A stretch of 62,272 nucleotides of DNA, the filler included, from Choristocarpus tenellus KU-1152 (Eukaryota; Protista; Phaeophyceae), in assembly GCA_964200185.2 (NCBI GenBank). It is 8 parts of 8 records of this genome, joined end to end, with 100 filler letters (N's around TTAATTAATTAA, not from the genome) between each part and the next. Parts side by side here need not be neighbours in the genome. Positions count along the whole stretch, not along the records: positions 36,434 to 41,098 come from CAXNAD020013559.1; positions 41,199 to 46,847 come from CAXNAD020010137.1; positions 46,948 to 52,888 come from CAXNAD020009357.1; 5 more parts are not named here. One strand, given 5' to 3'. A model generated the notes under the pieces. That model did not search any database. It saw nothing but the letters and a program-made list of their open reading frames with translations, and had not been told where the DNA came from. Positions within the stretch are counted from its first letter, which is position 1. Each line of letters starts with the position of its first letter. This document shows positions 38,780 through 52,146 of the stretch, piece by piece. Made by a program: the position numbers and the translations under genes.

Positions 38780-39660
38780 TAAGTGGATTATGAAAAAACA
38801 TTGGTGAAGGCTAAACACATTTAATGGACCGGTTGTGGATGGGGTGAAAGTTTGTTGACCTGTGCACTGATTGTGTGTACATATTGTGTTAAGGAGTTTT
38901 CCACGATGCAAGCTGCAAGGAAATGTGTTTTGGTCAGCCAAATTATTGACACACTTCAACGCAAGACTCAAGAAAGAGACCAACAAGAAACAGAGCAGCA
39001 ACATCCAGCAAACCGCAGTAGTAGTAAGTGCGCTCGAGTGCAACCTTGACTGCACCAGCTGCTTGGGCTAAGTATTAGCATTAACGGACAGATGGTAGTT
39101 GCAAGGGTCAAGAACAATGATCCAAGAGATGGATAGGAGACGGCAAGTAGCGCAACACAGCACATTCTGGGAGGGAGTAGAAGTTATCCCTTCCATTCCT
39201 CTCTCTATGTTTAGTAGGGTCTTGAATCTATTTTTTACTTCGAAGTGTATCATTTGTATTGTAGGTTGAAGCAGACCTAATAAAAGTAGGGGAAAAAAAT
39301 ATTATTTTCTTCAGAAACAACCCAGTAGTTTGAAATGTTCTTCAAAATGTGTGACCAGAGGTACTGAGTCAAGCAAATGAGAGGTATTGAGGTTTTGACA
39401 GTTTTGCATTTTAGGTGTGCTTTTTAATCTTTTGCGATTAATCCATATTTCTATGGATGAAGTTTTAAGTTTGATTTGAGAGGGGTTATTTCTCAAATAT
39501 TTGAAAAATTTTCAACAAAATTCAGAAAATATCCTTCACGCATTTGAAAAAAAAGAAGAATTTTGCACGCATTTGTGGCAGTCCTTAAAATGGAGGTTTG
39601 AGTACCTCTACTTAACTTTGACCCACTGCACAATACACCATTCCTTATTACCTGCAAACA
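38780..39660 (+). mobile_element. Possible hAT relic: degenerate dimerization-domain-like segment followed by a family D end
   Basis: FPRCKL...SALECNL...LG*VL loosely resembles the hAT FP.L..SA.CER..S motif; family D sequence follows. Confidence 0.3.
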
Positions 39661-40841
39661 AATTGTTGCACTATCACGTAATTGTATTGTCATGTGTGTT
39701 GCTTACAGTTTTTGTGGACGGACGTTGGGTGTAGCCATCCCACCGCTTGTTACCCTGCTTCCTCCCTCAATTCTTGTGGAGTACTTGACAAGATTTCAGT
39801 GAAGTCTTGTCACCATGATCCGGATTTTCCACTTTCTTTGTGGTTTAATGGCAGACAGGAAGGTGCGGGTGTACCTTTCTTCGTACTTTCCAGAAATCAA
39901 ATTCCCCTCAGAATAGTGTCAAACCAAAAACGGGGTTTGCACCTGTGCATTCCTTTGACACGAATTGTTTTGATCATACCGTTGACATACAAGGAAAAAA
40001 TGTACGTAGTAGATAGATAAGTGCTCTTGCTCGCAGTGCATAATGATAGATAGCGGAACGAAATGGCGAAGTGTTTGGTTGTTCCTTGAGATGTTGATAA
40101 CATATTCACATGAAGAGTGTGTGGACACGCCATTATTACACGGTCTTCGGAATGTGTATTTTTTCGGTACATGATACCAAGACTCTTGTACACGTGTTCT
40201 CAACTGCTATGTATTTTGTGATGTGCTGTGAGACAGCTGGACCTCAACAGTAAGAAAGCATAGTGAAAGGTCCAACCGAATTAGAACTAGTCACCTCTTG
40301 CTTTGCAAACGTTGAAGTAGAATCTCGCCTCGATTGGTTGATGCTAATTTTAGTTATATTGGATTATTAGTGTGGCATTTATCGTGTCTCTTTGTGTTAC
40401 CCGCAGTAGAAAGCAATGTCCCTTGTTTTTCTCCTCCTAAAGTATTTTATATTGGATTTTTAGTGTCGCATATATCATGGGTATTTATGTTAAGCGTAAT
40501 AGAAGGCGATGTCCCCTTCTTTTCTCATTCTCTATATGAGCTAGACCCAAATAATGCTAAACATCGTGTGGTAAGCCGCAACTAAATCCCGCCACTTTCA
40601 AGGTTGATGGCAAGGAGAAAAGAAATGCCCAGCACTTTGAGCATCCGATCAATCCCTTAGAATCGCCCATTCCTGTTGAGAATTGGTTGGGATGGTTTCA
40701 GGAATATCGCTTGGCTCAAAGTTGAGCATCACGTCAGACACACACTCCTTCAAGAAGACATTTTTGAAAAAGAAAAAAGGATTGATTGCGTCCATTCCAA
40801 TCCTCTATCATGCAACAACTAATATTAGTACTAGATACAAC

Positions 40842-41058
40842 ACTAAAGAATCTTCTAAGTGCAACCTCATTACCCAGTGCATAGGCAATAGCTTGAGCTG
40901 TACTGCTTTTTCTCGGTAGATGCTTATATGCTTTTTTAAATCCAGCAAATAATTCATCCACTAACTTAACCGATTCTGCCTTACGAGCCTTTAATCTAAC
41001 ATCTGGAGGCATGCCTCGAATCTTTTCTTCTACCACATAAATCTCAGCAATTTTATAT
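40842..41058 (-). mobile_element. Bacterial IS66-family transposase (TnpC) internal fragment
   Basis: Stop-free KIAEIYVVEEKIRGMPPDVRLKARKAESVKLVDELFAGFKKAYKHLPRKSSTAQAIAYALGNEVALRRF fits the IS66 pattern I..LY.IE..IR......R...R...S...........L..KS....AI.YAL....AL.RF. It stops just before the expected DG..EIDNN motif. Confidence 0.8.
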
Positions 41059-41198
41059 GTAGGGTAAGAAACGCAGGGGCTCCACAGGGAGGACCCCTNN
41101 NNNNNNNNNNNNNNNNNNNNNNNNNNNNNNNNNNNNNNNNNNTTAATTAATTAANNNNNNNNNNNNNNNNNNNNNNNNNNNNNNNNNNNNNNNNNNNN

Positions 41199-41217
41199 CC
41201 CCCAGATACTTTGGGTC
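41199..41217. mobile_element. MITE family A terminus at contig start
   Basis: CCCCCAGATACTTTGGGTC. Confidence 0.8.
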
Positions 41218-42335
41218 ATAGCTCCATTAAGTATGTACATGCATTTGGTATCAGTATGCTTTTTGGCTAGAATACTGCTTAAAAGTACATGCGAACAACG
41301 TAAAAAAGGGAATTATATTTATGAGGGTTAGAACTAGGGTTGAGTTATCATTTACTCCTCTCTTCAAAGCAAAGAATATTCCACAGACTCCCTTCTGCTC
41401 TCACGGCATGGTGCTGGTCAAGTCATTTTGCAATTGCTTCCCATTTTTTTGCCTTGTAGAAGTGGTGGCTTCTTTTCAGTTTGCGGGCATTACTGAGGCA
41501 CCTCAGGACCTCGTTAGGTTATAATCACGAAGAACAAACGAAAGGTTACCTGTTGCACACATACCGGTAACTGTTATGTCTTGCGAAACTGATTGTGTGC
41601 GTGTAGAAGATGCAGTGTTATCCTACACAGCTCCCCACCACACACAGTATACAAGCCATTAAAAAAAGAAAAATGAAACCACTGTGAAGGAGGTGGGATC
41701 TGAGAAAAGGTAGTGGAAGAAAAAAAAATACTTGCTGTCACATTTGCATGTGCTCAGAGATTACATACTACCTGCGTTCTTCTTCATAGGAAACACTTGT
41801 TTTATTAGTAGTTTAGTTCATCCTCAGTAGTGGAATCCTTGGCACATCACCTGAGCCTGAAGAGAATGATATATAGGTCCTATCAACTCACTGCTGAAGG
41901 GGCATGATTATGTCATGTTATATGGCAAAAAAATATGCATGTTTGTTGCAATTGCTATCCTTATTAATATTATTTTGTGCTGGCGTGCTTATTTCTATCA
42001 GGGCTTTTTAACGGACTGGAAGATTAGACAGGGGCCCTGGGGCGCTGACCCACAGATAGACCCTACTAATATATCTGAGGGCGCTAGACCGACCCAATAA
42101 AACAATCTGACAGCCCTGGACTGCCCCTGTTAGGACAGGTTTTTCCGGGCCGACCCCATCAGAAATGTTTTTGAGATAGTGGGCTGCAGCACCTTTCAAT
42201 TTGCTACTCAACACTTCGTTCAGCATGAAATGAGCGTCCCACTACTTGTATGCAAAGCTCAGCGGTTGAATGGTAGATTCCAGTACTCCTGTGAAGTTTT
42301 ACAAAATTCAAGAGTCAAAGTAAACGAGAGGTATC

Positions 42336-42590
42336 CAGAGTTGCATTCTAAGGATGTTGACCAATATGTGCAAAAGTTCGACTTTCTTTACTATGCGTAC
42401 AAAATATTTTCCGAATTCTGTCAAAAAATCTCAACCAATAGAGAAATCAACGCTCCCAAGTCAAACTTAGCACCTCATCCATAGAAATATGAGTGAACTG
42501 TGAAAAAATGAAAAATTGGCTAATAACGCAAAACCGCCAAAACCTGTGTACCTCTCTCTTACTTTCAACTCCCAATCGGCACCAGAATTT
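42336..42590 (+). repeat. Repeat family D copy
   Basis: Similar to 14230-14475. Confidence 0.55.
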
Positions 42591-45500
42591 CTTCTTGGAA
42601 ATGTGATTTCGACAGATCACCTGCAAGCACTACAGATTATACATCCTGTTGTTCTGTCTGTTGCTAATCCGCTCAATGCAGGAGTAACTCAAAAATGGTG
42701 GCAAGGCTTCATTGCAAAGCTGCCTGACATGTACAGAAGGATTGAGGAAGGGAACAAACACTGGATAGGCTGAACCCAAGGGGTGCAAGAAGCAATGCAC
42801 ACACATGACAGTGCGATTATTTAGAGTGCAGCAGATGCTATTAGTAGTAGCTACTGAGAAGTAAGTGTAGTGTGTAGTGCATCTGGCTGCGAATTGGGCT
42901 AGTCCCAGGCTAAATATGTAGATTATAATATGGAAAGGATAGTGTAATATAACTACTACTGCACAGTATGTAGTATGTCTTTGTAAAACTACTGTTAATA
43001 GCACAATATTAAAATATCCTTTGAATATTTAGCCGCAGAAATATATCTTGATAGTAGATAAATGTGTGATGTGTGGCCTCTAATGCCCCAACATTGACTG
43101 TGTTGCTGCGAACTGTGAGCCCTAAAGGGGTAGAGGGCAAGACTGTGGAGATTCAGAGTTTAAAGGACAGCATGGTACAGAACCCATATATTTGCAACGA
43201 AGCAGGAGTGTAGCTACAGTGAGAGGAGCAGTAGCAATACATCAAACTTGCACCCAAGTCCACCCACCTAAAGAGCTCGTCATGATGAGTCAAGATAGTT
43301 GAGAGGTAGGCAGGGTTGCACTCTATGGATGCCGAGAAAGGGCAAGAAGACTCCTTTTTAGTACAATTGCAGAAACAGCTTTTGCTGAATTGTGGTATCA
43401 CATTGTGTGTGGAAGGGGGAATATCAACTCTGCGTACAATATTGTACACATAAAGCAGTGAAATAAAGTGTATTGCACAGGTAAGAAAGTTGGCTTAGAA
43501 TGCAAAGGGTCCAAACCTGGCTACTACTTTATTGGTTTGTCTCTGATAGAATTCCTATCCCATACGTCAGTTCAGCAAGGGCTCACCCCGGAAAATCGAC
43601 CAGGCAGGGCATCGAGTCTGCAGCACGGCAGAATCAACATGTTTACCCAGCCGGCAGGAATATTTACTTGTTGGGTGGTGTAGGGAGCAGGAGGTGAGCC
43701 GTCGCAGTACGTAAAATTTTACCCTGGGTCCAGTTAAAAATGCAGAACTACCCTATTCTACCCTGTGCAATCTACTTGAAGTGTTGGATGGGGTAGGATC
43801 ATGAGGAAACAATAAAACAGAAAGGCATTTCCTATCTTGAAGTGCTTTGAGATATTGGATGTGCTGGACGGAAAGACACCCAATGTCGGGTGGTTATCCA
43901 GTCAGATAGTAAGGGTAAAAACAAGGCCTTGGGTCTTTGTAGCGCGCTGTTGACCTGATCAAATGAAAGGAATAAAACTCCGTGTGCAAATTTCAGGCGC
44001 TTACACAAGTTCAAGTGCAATGAGTATCAGCAAGAGAGCAAGTGGTTGAAGAATGAAAAAGTAGGAAAAACCCAAAGTTGCTTCAATTGAAGCTAAGTAT
44101 CTTTACGTCGGTTTTTGTCCTTCCACAAATCTTTTTTCTAGGTCTCAGTGTGGTCGCCCAACCCATCCATGTTTTGTCAGTAATAATTGTGTATTTGTAC
44201 CTTATCTTTCTAGCTTTAGTGCAACTTCAGAAATATGGGCTATCCACGTGTTGTTGGTTTGTACACACAGACAAAAGAGGGTGGTCGATACATGTAGGGA
44301 CGCGTCCTGTTGTCTGAGGCAGGTTGCAATACTCACACACATGTTGTGTGATTTGCGTTCGCCGAACAAGGAGGAATGCGACGACAGGGTACAAAACCCG
44401 TACAAGCGACTAGGATATGTGGAATCCTCTATCCATCCGAAAAACGTTGACAAGAAACTGCTCGCTGTACACTGTGAGGGGAAGGTAGGAATCGTGGACA
44501 AGTTGAAGGCACAAAGTAGCAACTGATTGAAGGAGATATATGGAGAACCGTGACTACATCATCAGTCGCCAAGTAATGTGCAAATGTCCATCAAATTGTT
44601 ACTGCTGAGACACCACTGTCCCAACGGCGCAGGGGGTCTCACGACTATCTCCTCTAATGGATCGGTGGGATCTCAATATTTGACAAAACCAGAGGCTGGG
44701 AACTTATCCAGGATGATTCGTTGCCAATCACCCAACTCATTGGACGGTCTCTTGAAGAGTCACCTTGATATTCACGCTTCTCCTTGCGTCCGTTCCTCAA
44801 CCGCCCTCTTACTTTCTCCTTCAATAGGAGGAAGTCAGGAAACGGGCGTAACCCTCTTATTTCATTCAACAAGAAGATATCTATCTTCCACAAGGGGTCG
44901 ATATTTTAATCGTAAGACTAACGATAGCATTGAGGTTTTATGTAGGATGGATATTTCATTAAATAACAAGATAATGATCTTCCAGAAGGGGTGGATATAT
45001 TGTTGTACAAAAGTAAAGATAGATGTTTTGAGATGATCGGAAGGGTAACAATGAAGATGGAGATTATTTCTTGGGGTAGAAACGGACTGTGCTGGGTGGG
45101 TTCACCAAGTTTTGATTTCGTCAAAATTGAGATACCACTGTTATTTTTTCACCACCACCCAATCACGTCCCCAACCATACTTAGATGATTGTTGTACAGC
45201 AAAGAAGGATGATACTATAATACACCCATCAAACCACCACCACATCACTGTTTCTTTCATGTTTTGTATTTTTCCAAGTATTACCACATCCTCCGAGAAC
45301 CCCACATATAATAACCCCGTATAATAGTACCAAAAAAAGCCGTACGAAAAATATACTTTTCCTTGCAACGTTTAGAACTGGAAGTATAATGGAACCATAA
45401 TGGAAGGATTTGAAAAGAGCTTATTTCTGTCCCCGAAATATTTCGAAGCGGACATTTTTGGACTATAAGTCCTCAAGAAAAAAATATTAAGAACGAATGC

Positions 45501-46652
45501 TTAAAGATGATCAACTTCAAAACTGCATATACTAGTTGTTCCAATTCCATCATTCTAGTTCTAATACTAGAACAGTAATACTTAAGAATATATCCTATAT
45601 AATATTGCGAAAGATATTCTTGGAGGAAAGGGAGGCACGAGCGCATCCAGAATTGCTTTGACCTTTTTGACTCAACATTCATGAACTAGTTGAGTTGACA
45701 GATTCATGAGATTCTTTCGTTGGTTTTGGTATTTCTTCATAATCAGATTTCAGAATGTTCTTTGTTGTCGTTACAACCCCCTTTCTATTACAAACACACT
45801 GGTGAACCTGATATATAATTTATATTGTGTTGTGGATAAGAAGAATATGTATGTGAGTAACGTAAAACCGGCTCCAAAATTTCGGATTTTAGTTGATGAT
45901 TTTCGAAATGTTACGAAAGGCCTCAGAACGAGGCAAAAGCCCCCCCTAATGTTGACGGGCATCGCCTAACACATTTTTTTTCATGGTACTCTTAATTTCT
46001 GTCCTCTTTTTTCCCGGCAGTAGATGCACTTCGACGTGATGATGTCTGAGAGACTTTATTATGTATGTGTTTGTGTGTTTGTGACTACACACATTGTTGC
46101 TACTTGTTCAGCCTTCAGATGTTATCCTTTCTGTTGCCCCTTCTTGGCATCCTCCCATACACCCACCTTCGTACAAGTGTTGTGAAGGAAGAGGTGGAGC
46201 TGGACATAACCTGGGTCCAGCTTCTCTTCGCTTTTAGGTATCTTCCCACGTGTTGAGAACATGAACTTCGACTCTCATGTTGTGTATAGCAGGAACGGCT
46301 AAAATGTGGCGTTTGGTGTGTGTGACTGGTATAGCGTTCAATGGGGAAGGGAAGAAGAATACCATAGGTTGCAAACCCGTACATAAGTGCGATGTTATCT
46401 AATTTTATGAACTGCTTTCGTACAGAGAGGAATACTGCCCAGAACTCTGAGGGTGAGAAATGGCATCCCAAAGGGTTTAAGTGGAAGCAGATCCTGGCTA
46501 CATATATATCTAGACCCCACAGCCAAAATCTTGATGGGATTCCTTTCAGGGAATGAAGACGACGAAGACATTTGTAGGCAGATGGAGTGGAAGTTCTAGG
46601 CATCATGGAGGAGGAGAACAGAGCACAGCAGGCAGAGAATAGTCCACTAATG

Positions 46653-46826
46653 GGCTCAAAGTATCTGGGGGGGGTGGCGCCTGTCCATTTGGGGCCAATT
46701 TTTTTATGTCACGATTCTTGGGTGATTTGGTTGCATACATTGGATGGATAATGTAAGAGCACTTTTCCTGGTTATGGTCCAAATAGACACCCTGGTGCAG
46801 ACCCCCCCCCCCAGATACTTTGGGTC
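46653..46826 (-). mobile_element. MITE family A, full length, reverse orientation, no TSD
   Basis: GGCTCAAAGTATCTG(n) ... C(n)AGATACTTTGGGTC; flanks are ATG and CAT. Confidence 0.92.
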
Positions 46827-49800
46827 CATACCTCGAAAGGTGTGAAGNNNNNNNNNNNNNNNNNNNNNNNNNNNNNNNNNNNNNNNNNNNNTTAATTAAT
46901 TAANNNNNNNNNNNNNNNNNNNNNNNNNNNNNNNNNNNNNNNNNNNNCAGGTATATATGGGTATACACTTAGATCGTTGGGCATTCCCTTGAAAGTGGTG
47001 CCATTGCTCCCAAGTAGCCCTCAAATCAGGTGCGTTTTAGATGTCTCCTTTCAGGCCTACCAGTAGATTGAATCTGTATTGCAAATCTGACACGGAGTTG
47101 CTGTGCTTGTTGATTCCTCCCTTCTCCCCCCCATTGTACCACTTGTGACCTTTGTTGCAAGGGGCTTGACATCACTGCAATTGATCGGTTACGATTGGGT
47201 ATTTGTGAAACTAGCTTCAAGCTGTGCTACTTTGGCATCAGACATTTTCAGGATGTTATGTATCAGGTAATGTCACCAATAGTGCAAGCACGGTAGGTGA
47301 CATTCTCACGGACGCGCAGGTTCTGTTTGATGGTAAGGAGTGCAGGAAGGTTTGTGTTGCACACCACAACCCCCCCCTCCCCCCCCCCTCTGCTATGCAA
47401 TTAACTTTCCTTTTGCTTATTCATGGTACCATTGCTATGGCTGCTGATAAACTGTCTACGAGTCACTATTGTACCTCTTGTACCATTCTATGCACGAAGC
47501 GTATGTATTGTGGACCTTAAACACAAAGAGGTAAAGCTTTTGTGCATAGGTGTACGTCCAACAACGTTCTTGTAAGACATGGAATCACTACAAAGACTCA
47601 TCCCAATGTTGATGGAGTGCGTTCTTCAACTGAATTGTGAGGTGGAAGCAAAGATGACATATGCTTTGAGGGTGTTGACAACCTTCCTGCAAGCCTTAGC
47701 CTTGCCTGCCCACATTTGGAGTGCTGGGATGTTTATATTAGTTGAAGTACCGTCATGTGAAATAAAGAATAATTATATATATTTGAAACATGTATGCAAA
47801 TGTATTAGTAGCAGGCAAGACCCTCTGGCATATCCTTTTGTCTGCTCACCAAGCAGGCAAGGTACAGTGGACACCTGACATCTTTGGACAGGAGGACATT
47901 TACTGAATCTGGATCAGTTGTCAAAAGTGGAGAGACCTCGAAGTGATGTGGACTACTAAAGTGTGTTGTAAGAACTTACAGTGCTCACAGTTCAAGAAAT
48001 ATACTGAGTCTAAGTTCTGTGATCGGTGTGTTCCAAGCTTGTCGACCTGCCTTGTGCATAGTGAATCTTATGTCACACACTATATGGCACAAAGTGAAAC
48101 CGATAGGTCAAAGGTAATTAATACAAGTGGACTTCCAGCACTGACTGGTTGAGATGCATGCTTTTTGGGTGTCATGAAGGTCTGCTCACTTGGGTTTCAA
48201 TCACAAATAGAGCAACAATCGTTCCGTTCAACCTAACAAGAGTCATTTGAGAATGATTATGGCAATAGAGGTTACAATCTGATCAAACCAGAATGGTGTA
48301 CACAGGTAATTTTGGATGAAACCGCCTCCGTAACACTAACATTTCCAAATCTCGGGGCATTTTGTGGTTCGTATGATGTGATGTGGTCCTTAATGTACTG
48401 TTGTAGTCTTGAAAGGGGTTGCACGAGGCTACTCACAGGGATCAACCGTAGTGTTTGTTGTTTACAATGCCCCCTTTAAGCCATGAGAGGGGCTTCATGT
48501 CCCTAACCCTTGCATCACTGATTTTTGTACCAAATTGACCACACAACTCCAAATAAATAACTGTACCCAATATGCTCCTTTGTATCCTTTTTGGTGCATT
48601 CCGCTGTTGCCCCCCCCTACTATCTAAACAGCAAAAGTTTCCTTGCAAGGTTAAGCCAAGTTCCAACCCAGTATTCAAGCGTTCGAGTGGGAGGCTCGTC
48701 TTCACCGTGTCCATAATTGAATATAGCGCCAGACCTACTATTGGGAGCACACCATCATGAGACCAAGACAGGGGTATAGGAGACTCGTGGACTGACCTAC
48801 AATCAGAAAATTGGGGTGTGTTGAGTGACTTAACCTTTGGTTTCAACTTCACTGGAACATTTTTTTGTTGTTTTGGGGTTTGAAATGATTAATGTACAAG
48901 ACGTATCATGGTTAGAAACAAGTTCGAAGCAAAAGCAGAATGCGTACAATGCACCCTTCAAGCCTTGCCGACAGACATAAAATATTACTGCAGAATCTGT
49001 ACATGTTTGGAGGCAATTTAGTCAAGGAGACTCCAAGGATGAATGGTGCCTTGGAAGGTTCGAGGTGTCTCCTGTTCAGCTCCATGTTCTGTGATCCCTC
49101 CAGTTTGCAACAGGTAGCTGATTGTTAGAAACAACGGCATTGATCCTGCAGCAGATGTCAAATTGCTTCCAAAATCATTTTGCTGCAGAGATTTCATTGG
49201 CATCTGTGTGTTCCCCCCTTGCCTAGCACATACGAGGCAGACAAAACGAAGTGGGTTCCTACCCTCATCCTCTATGTTAGAAGTATCTATGCATCCCGCG
49301 ACAAGTGGTATTAGATATATCCCTTCACACTACCAAGAGTTAATTACGAGTCTGCATTATAATCTTTTTAAGTACAACCAGAGGTCCTTGGGTGCGTGAG
49401 TGTGTGCGCGCGCACATAGCGCACAAAGGTGTTGTTTTGTATGTTTGGTGCTTACAATAATGTTTCTACCCAGGACCCCTCAGAATGGGAGTAGTCTTGG
49501 TATGGATTCGTTTGAGATCATCAGCTAATAATGTTTCAAAGAAAGATTACATTTTGGTGAAAGTTACTCATGCGACTTTTGTTAGTATCGTGCATGCCGC
49601 TTTTCAACTGAAGTGTTACGGACGTGGCGCATGTTACGTATTTGTTGATCTGGAGTACTTTGGGACAAGTCTTGTTCTGTGGGAGTGAATGTTATCAACT
49701 TGAGTGTTATGACATGTACCTTGAAGTGAAACGTTGCGAATTTATATGGGCTGATGAGTTTAGAGAGGATGAGATAACTCAGTGGACACTTGTATAGTCA

Positions 49801-50769
49801 AGAGAAGCACAGAAACTGTAGCAATGAAAAACCTGAGATAGAGTAGGGGTAGATGAGGAGGTAACCTAACCATGAGGAATCTTTCCCCGCACACTCACCT
49901 TCCTCACGATTGCTCATATTCAAGAGTAAAACAACGGAGATAAGGAATCGAGTAGTTGACTATGGCAAGATGGATTTTAGAGGACTTGAATATGATTGAG
50001 TGACAGAAGGAGAGATTCAGTAGGAAAGCGATGGGTACTCGATGGAGTCGTGAACCAAAAGAATTTACGGTTTTAAAATTCAGTCTAGAAATTTCCAATG
50101 AACTTGACAAAGCTGTTAGTGCACGAGGTGAGGAATACAAAACACAAGTACCATGGCAGGGCAAAAGGCCTCCTGACTTGTGAGGGCCCCACCAGTGGCA
50201 CAAAATTGGCTTACACTCTTTCCCACGCTCTTTCTCCATTGCCAGAACCACGATCTACTATATCAGACATAGACAACTATTTATGCTTTATTAAGGAGTG
50301 CAAAGCTGTTTAAGGACATGTCACAGACGGGTTTGCAAAGAGTGAGGATAGATTTACCATGATTATAATTCTCCTACACAGAATTCTTGGGATGTATGTG
50401 CACATACAAGAGATGTAGACAACAAACTCAACTACCAAACATACATATATTGCTTACAACATCAAATGCAATATAGAGTTACTAGACCAATCTGATTATT
50501 GTAGTACAACTATTTTGATACAATAACTGAGCAAGACAGAAAAGAAATTACTAAAAGCTGAACCTCTTCAGGAACGATCTTCGGTTGTTTCTTAATTAAT
50601 TGAACTGGGCTAACTATACTGCTACAGTTCAAAACCTATAAAGTATTCCAATGATTTGAGGGAGTATCGTATCGATTGTATGGCATGAGTGGCTAATTGA
50701 TGTTGCGAATCAGTTGCATTTTGGGGGACATGATACAGTGGTGGTGAGGTTTGGAACTGTAACTTATAG

Positions 50770-52000
50770 AGCTGGAGTCCTCCTTCAACGACCCACATCT
50801 ATGGCCCTCACTACTGCGCCAACGATGATGGAGGTGACCGAAACACTACAGGCAATGAGAAATGAGAAAGCTATGGGTCTCAACAATCTTCTAGGTGAAC
50901 TCTTAAAACTTGCTACAGGAGAATGTGGCGATCTCCCCCCCTTGTTTCCACCAGATTGTGTTGGCTGTGTGGAACCAGAAAGGTGTGCCACAGGGCTGGA
51001 AGGATGTGGTCGTCACCACACTCAACAAGAAGAAAGGTCGCACTAACTGCGGTAACTACAGGGGCATCTCCTCGGTTGCGCATGCTTGCAAAGTCCTCCT
51101 CAAGATCGTTGCAAGGCAGCTGGGAGATTGCCTGGAACAGGAGAATATATTACATGAGGAATAGTGTGACTTCCGGACCCGATGCTCCACATTGATCATG
51201 ATGTACTCTGTACGTGCCCTATAAGAACTTGGCCAGGAAAAGCATGTACCCCTATTTATGTGTTTTATCACAATAAAAGAGGACATGACTCTGTTCATTG
51301 AGATCTCCCATTCTCTTCAACATATTTTTACTGCAGTGCTGAGTGCAGCAGTTAGGAAGTTCACCTCCGACCCATCCATCTCCACGGATCTTGCTGTCAT
51401 CGTGAGAGTAACCACAAGCCACCAGATAGAGGAGGAGGAGCACCAAGGAGTAGGATGACACTTTAGCGACTCCTGTGGGGTATGGTTTCTGCTTATGATG
51501 CTTGGCATTGTCTCCAAGACCCAAGACAGTTTGGATGATGAGGCTGATGCAGGTGGCCAGATCATTTAGTCTAATTGAGTCTACATTAAAGACAGGGGCC
51601 ACGTGTCTTCAGCCTCCTAATCAGACTCCAGAATCCCTGCCAGACCTGTAAGTAGAGTGTGGCTCAAAGTATCTGGGGGTGGAGGAGGGGGGTCTATACA
51701 CCAGGGTGTCCATTTGGGCCCTGTCCGGGAGAAGTGCACTTACATTATCCATCCGATACATGCAACCAAATTCACCCCAAAATCGCGACATGGAAAAACG
51801 GGCCCTGAATGGACAGCCGCCACCCCCCCCCCCAGATACTTTGAGCCTCTTAAGTTTGTTTACCTTGGGGGAACCATCAATGACAATGCCGCTTACTGCT
51901 GAGATCAGCTAGAGGGTTCAGATATCTCGGTGCATTACTTGAGCTAAAGGTTTGAATGCTCAAAGCTGAAGTGCATCTCTGCTATTACGTTGGTATGATA
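50770..52000 (+). mobile_element. Degenerate RTE-type LINE reverse transcriptase relic
   Basis: AMRNEKAMG...ELLK, VPQGWKD...KKKGRTNCGNYRGIS..AHACKVLLKIV, E*CDFR..CST..MM, LFMCFI and KFVYLGGTI. Stops and internal deletions. Confidence 0.88.
51661..51847 (+). mobile_element. MITE family A, full length, inserted in the LINE relic
   Basis: GGCTCAAAGTATCT ... AGATACTTTGAGCC; flanks TGT and TCT (one mismatch). Confidence 0.92.
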
Positions 52001-52059
52001 CGGATACTTCGCTAAGTCATTGTCATCGTCATTATTGTTACTATGATATTATTTTATTC

Positions 52060-52146
52060 ATAGATATTGATATTATTATTGCTACTACCACCACCACTAC
52101 TATGACGACAACTACGACAACTATCATCATCATCATCATCATCATC
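52060..52146. repeat. Compound trinucleotide microsatellite (ATT/ACT/ACC/ATC)
   Basis: Directly visible. Confidence 0.85.
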
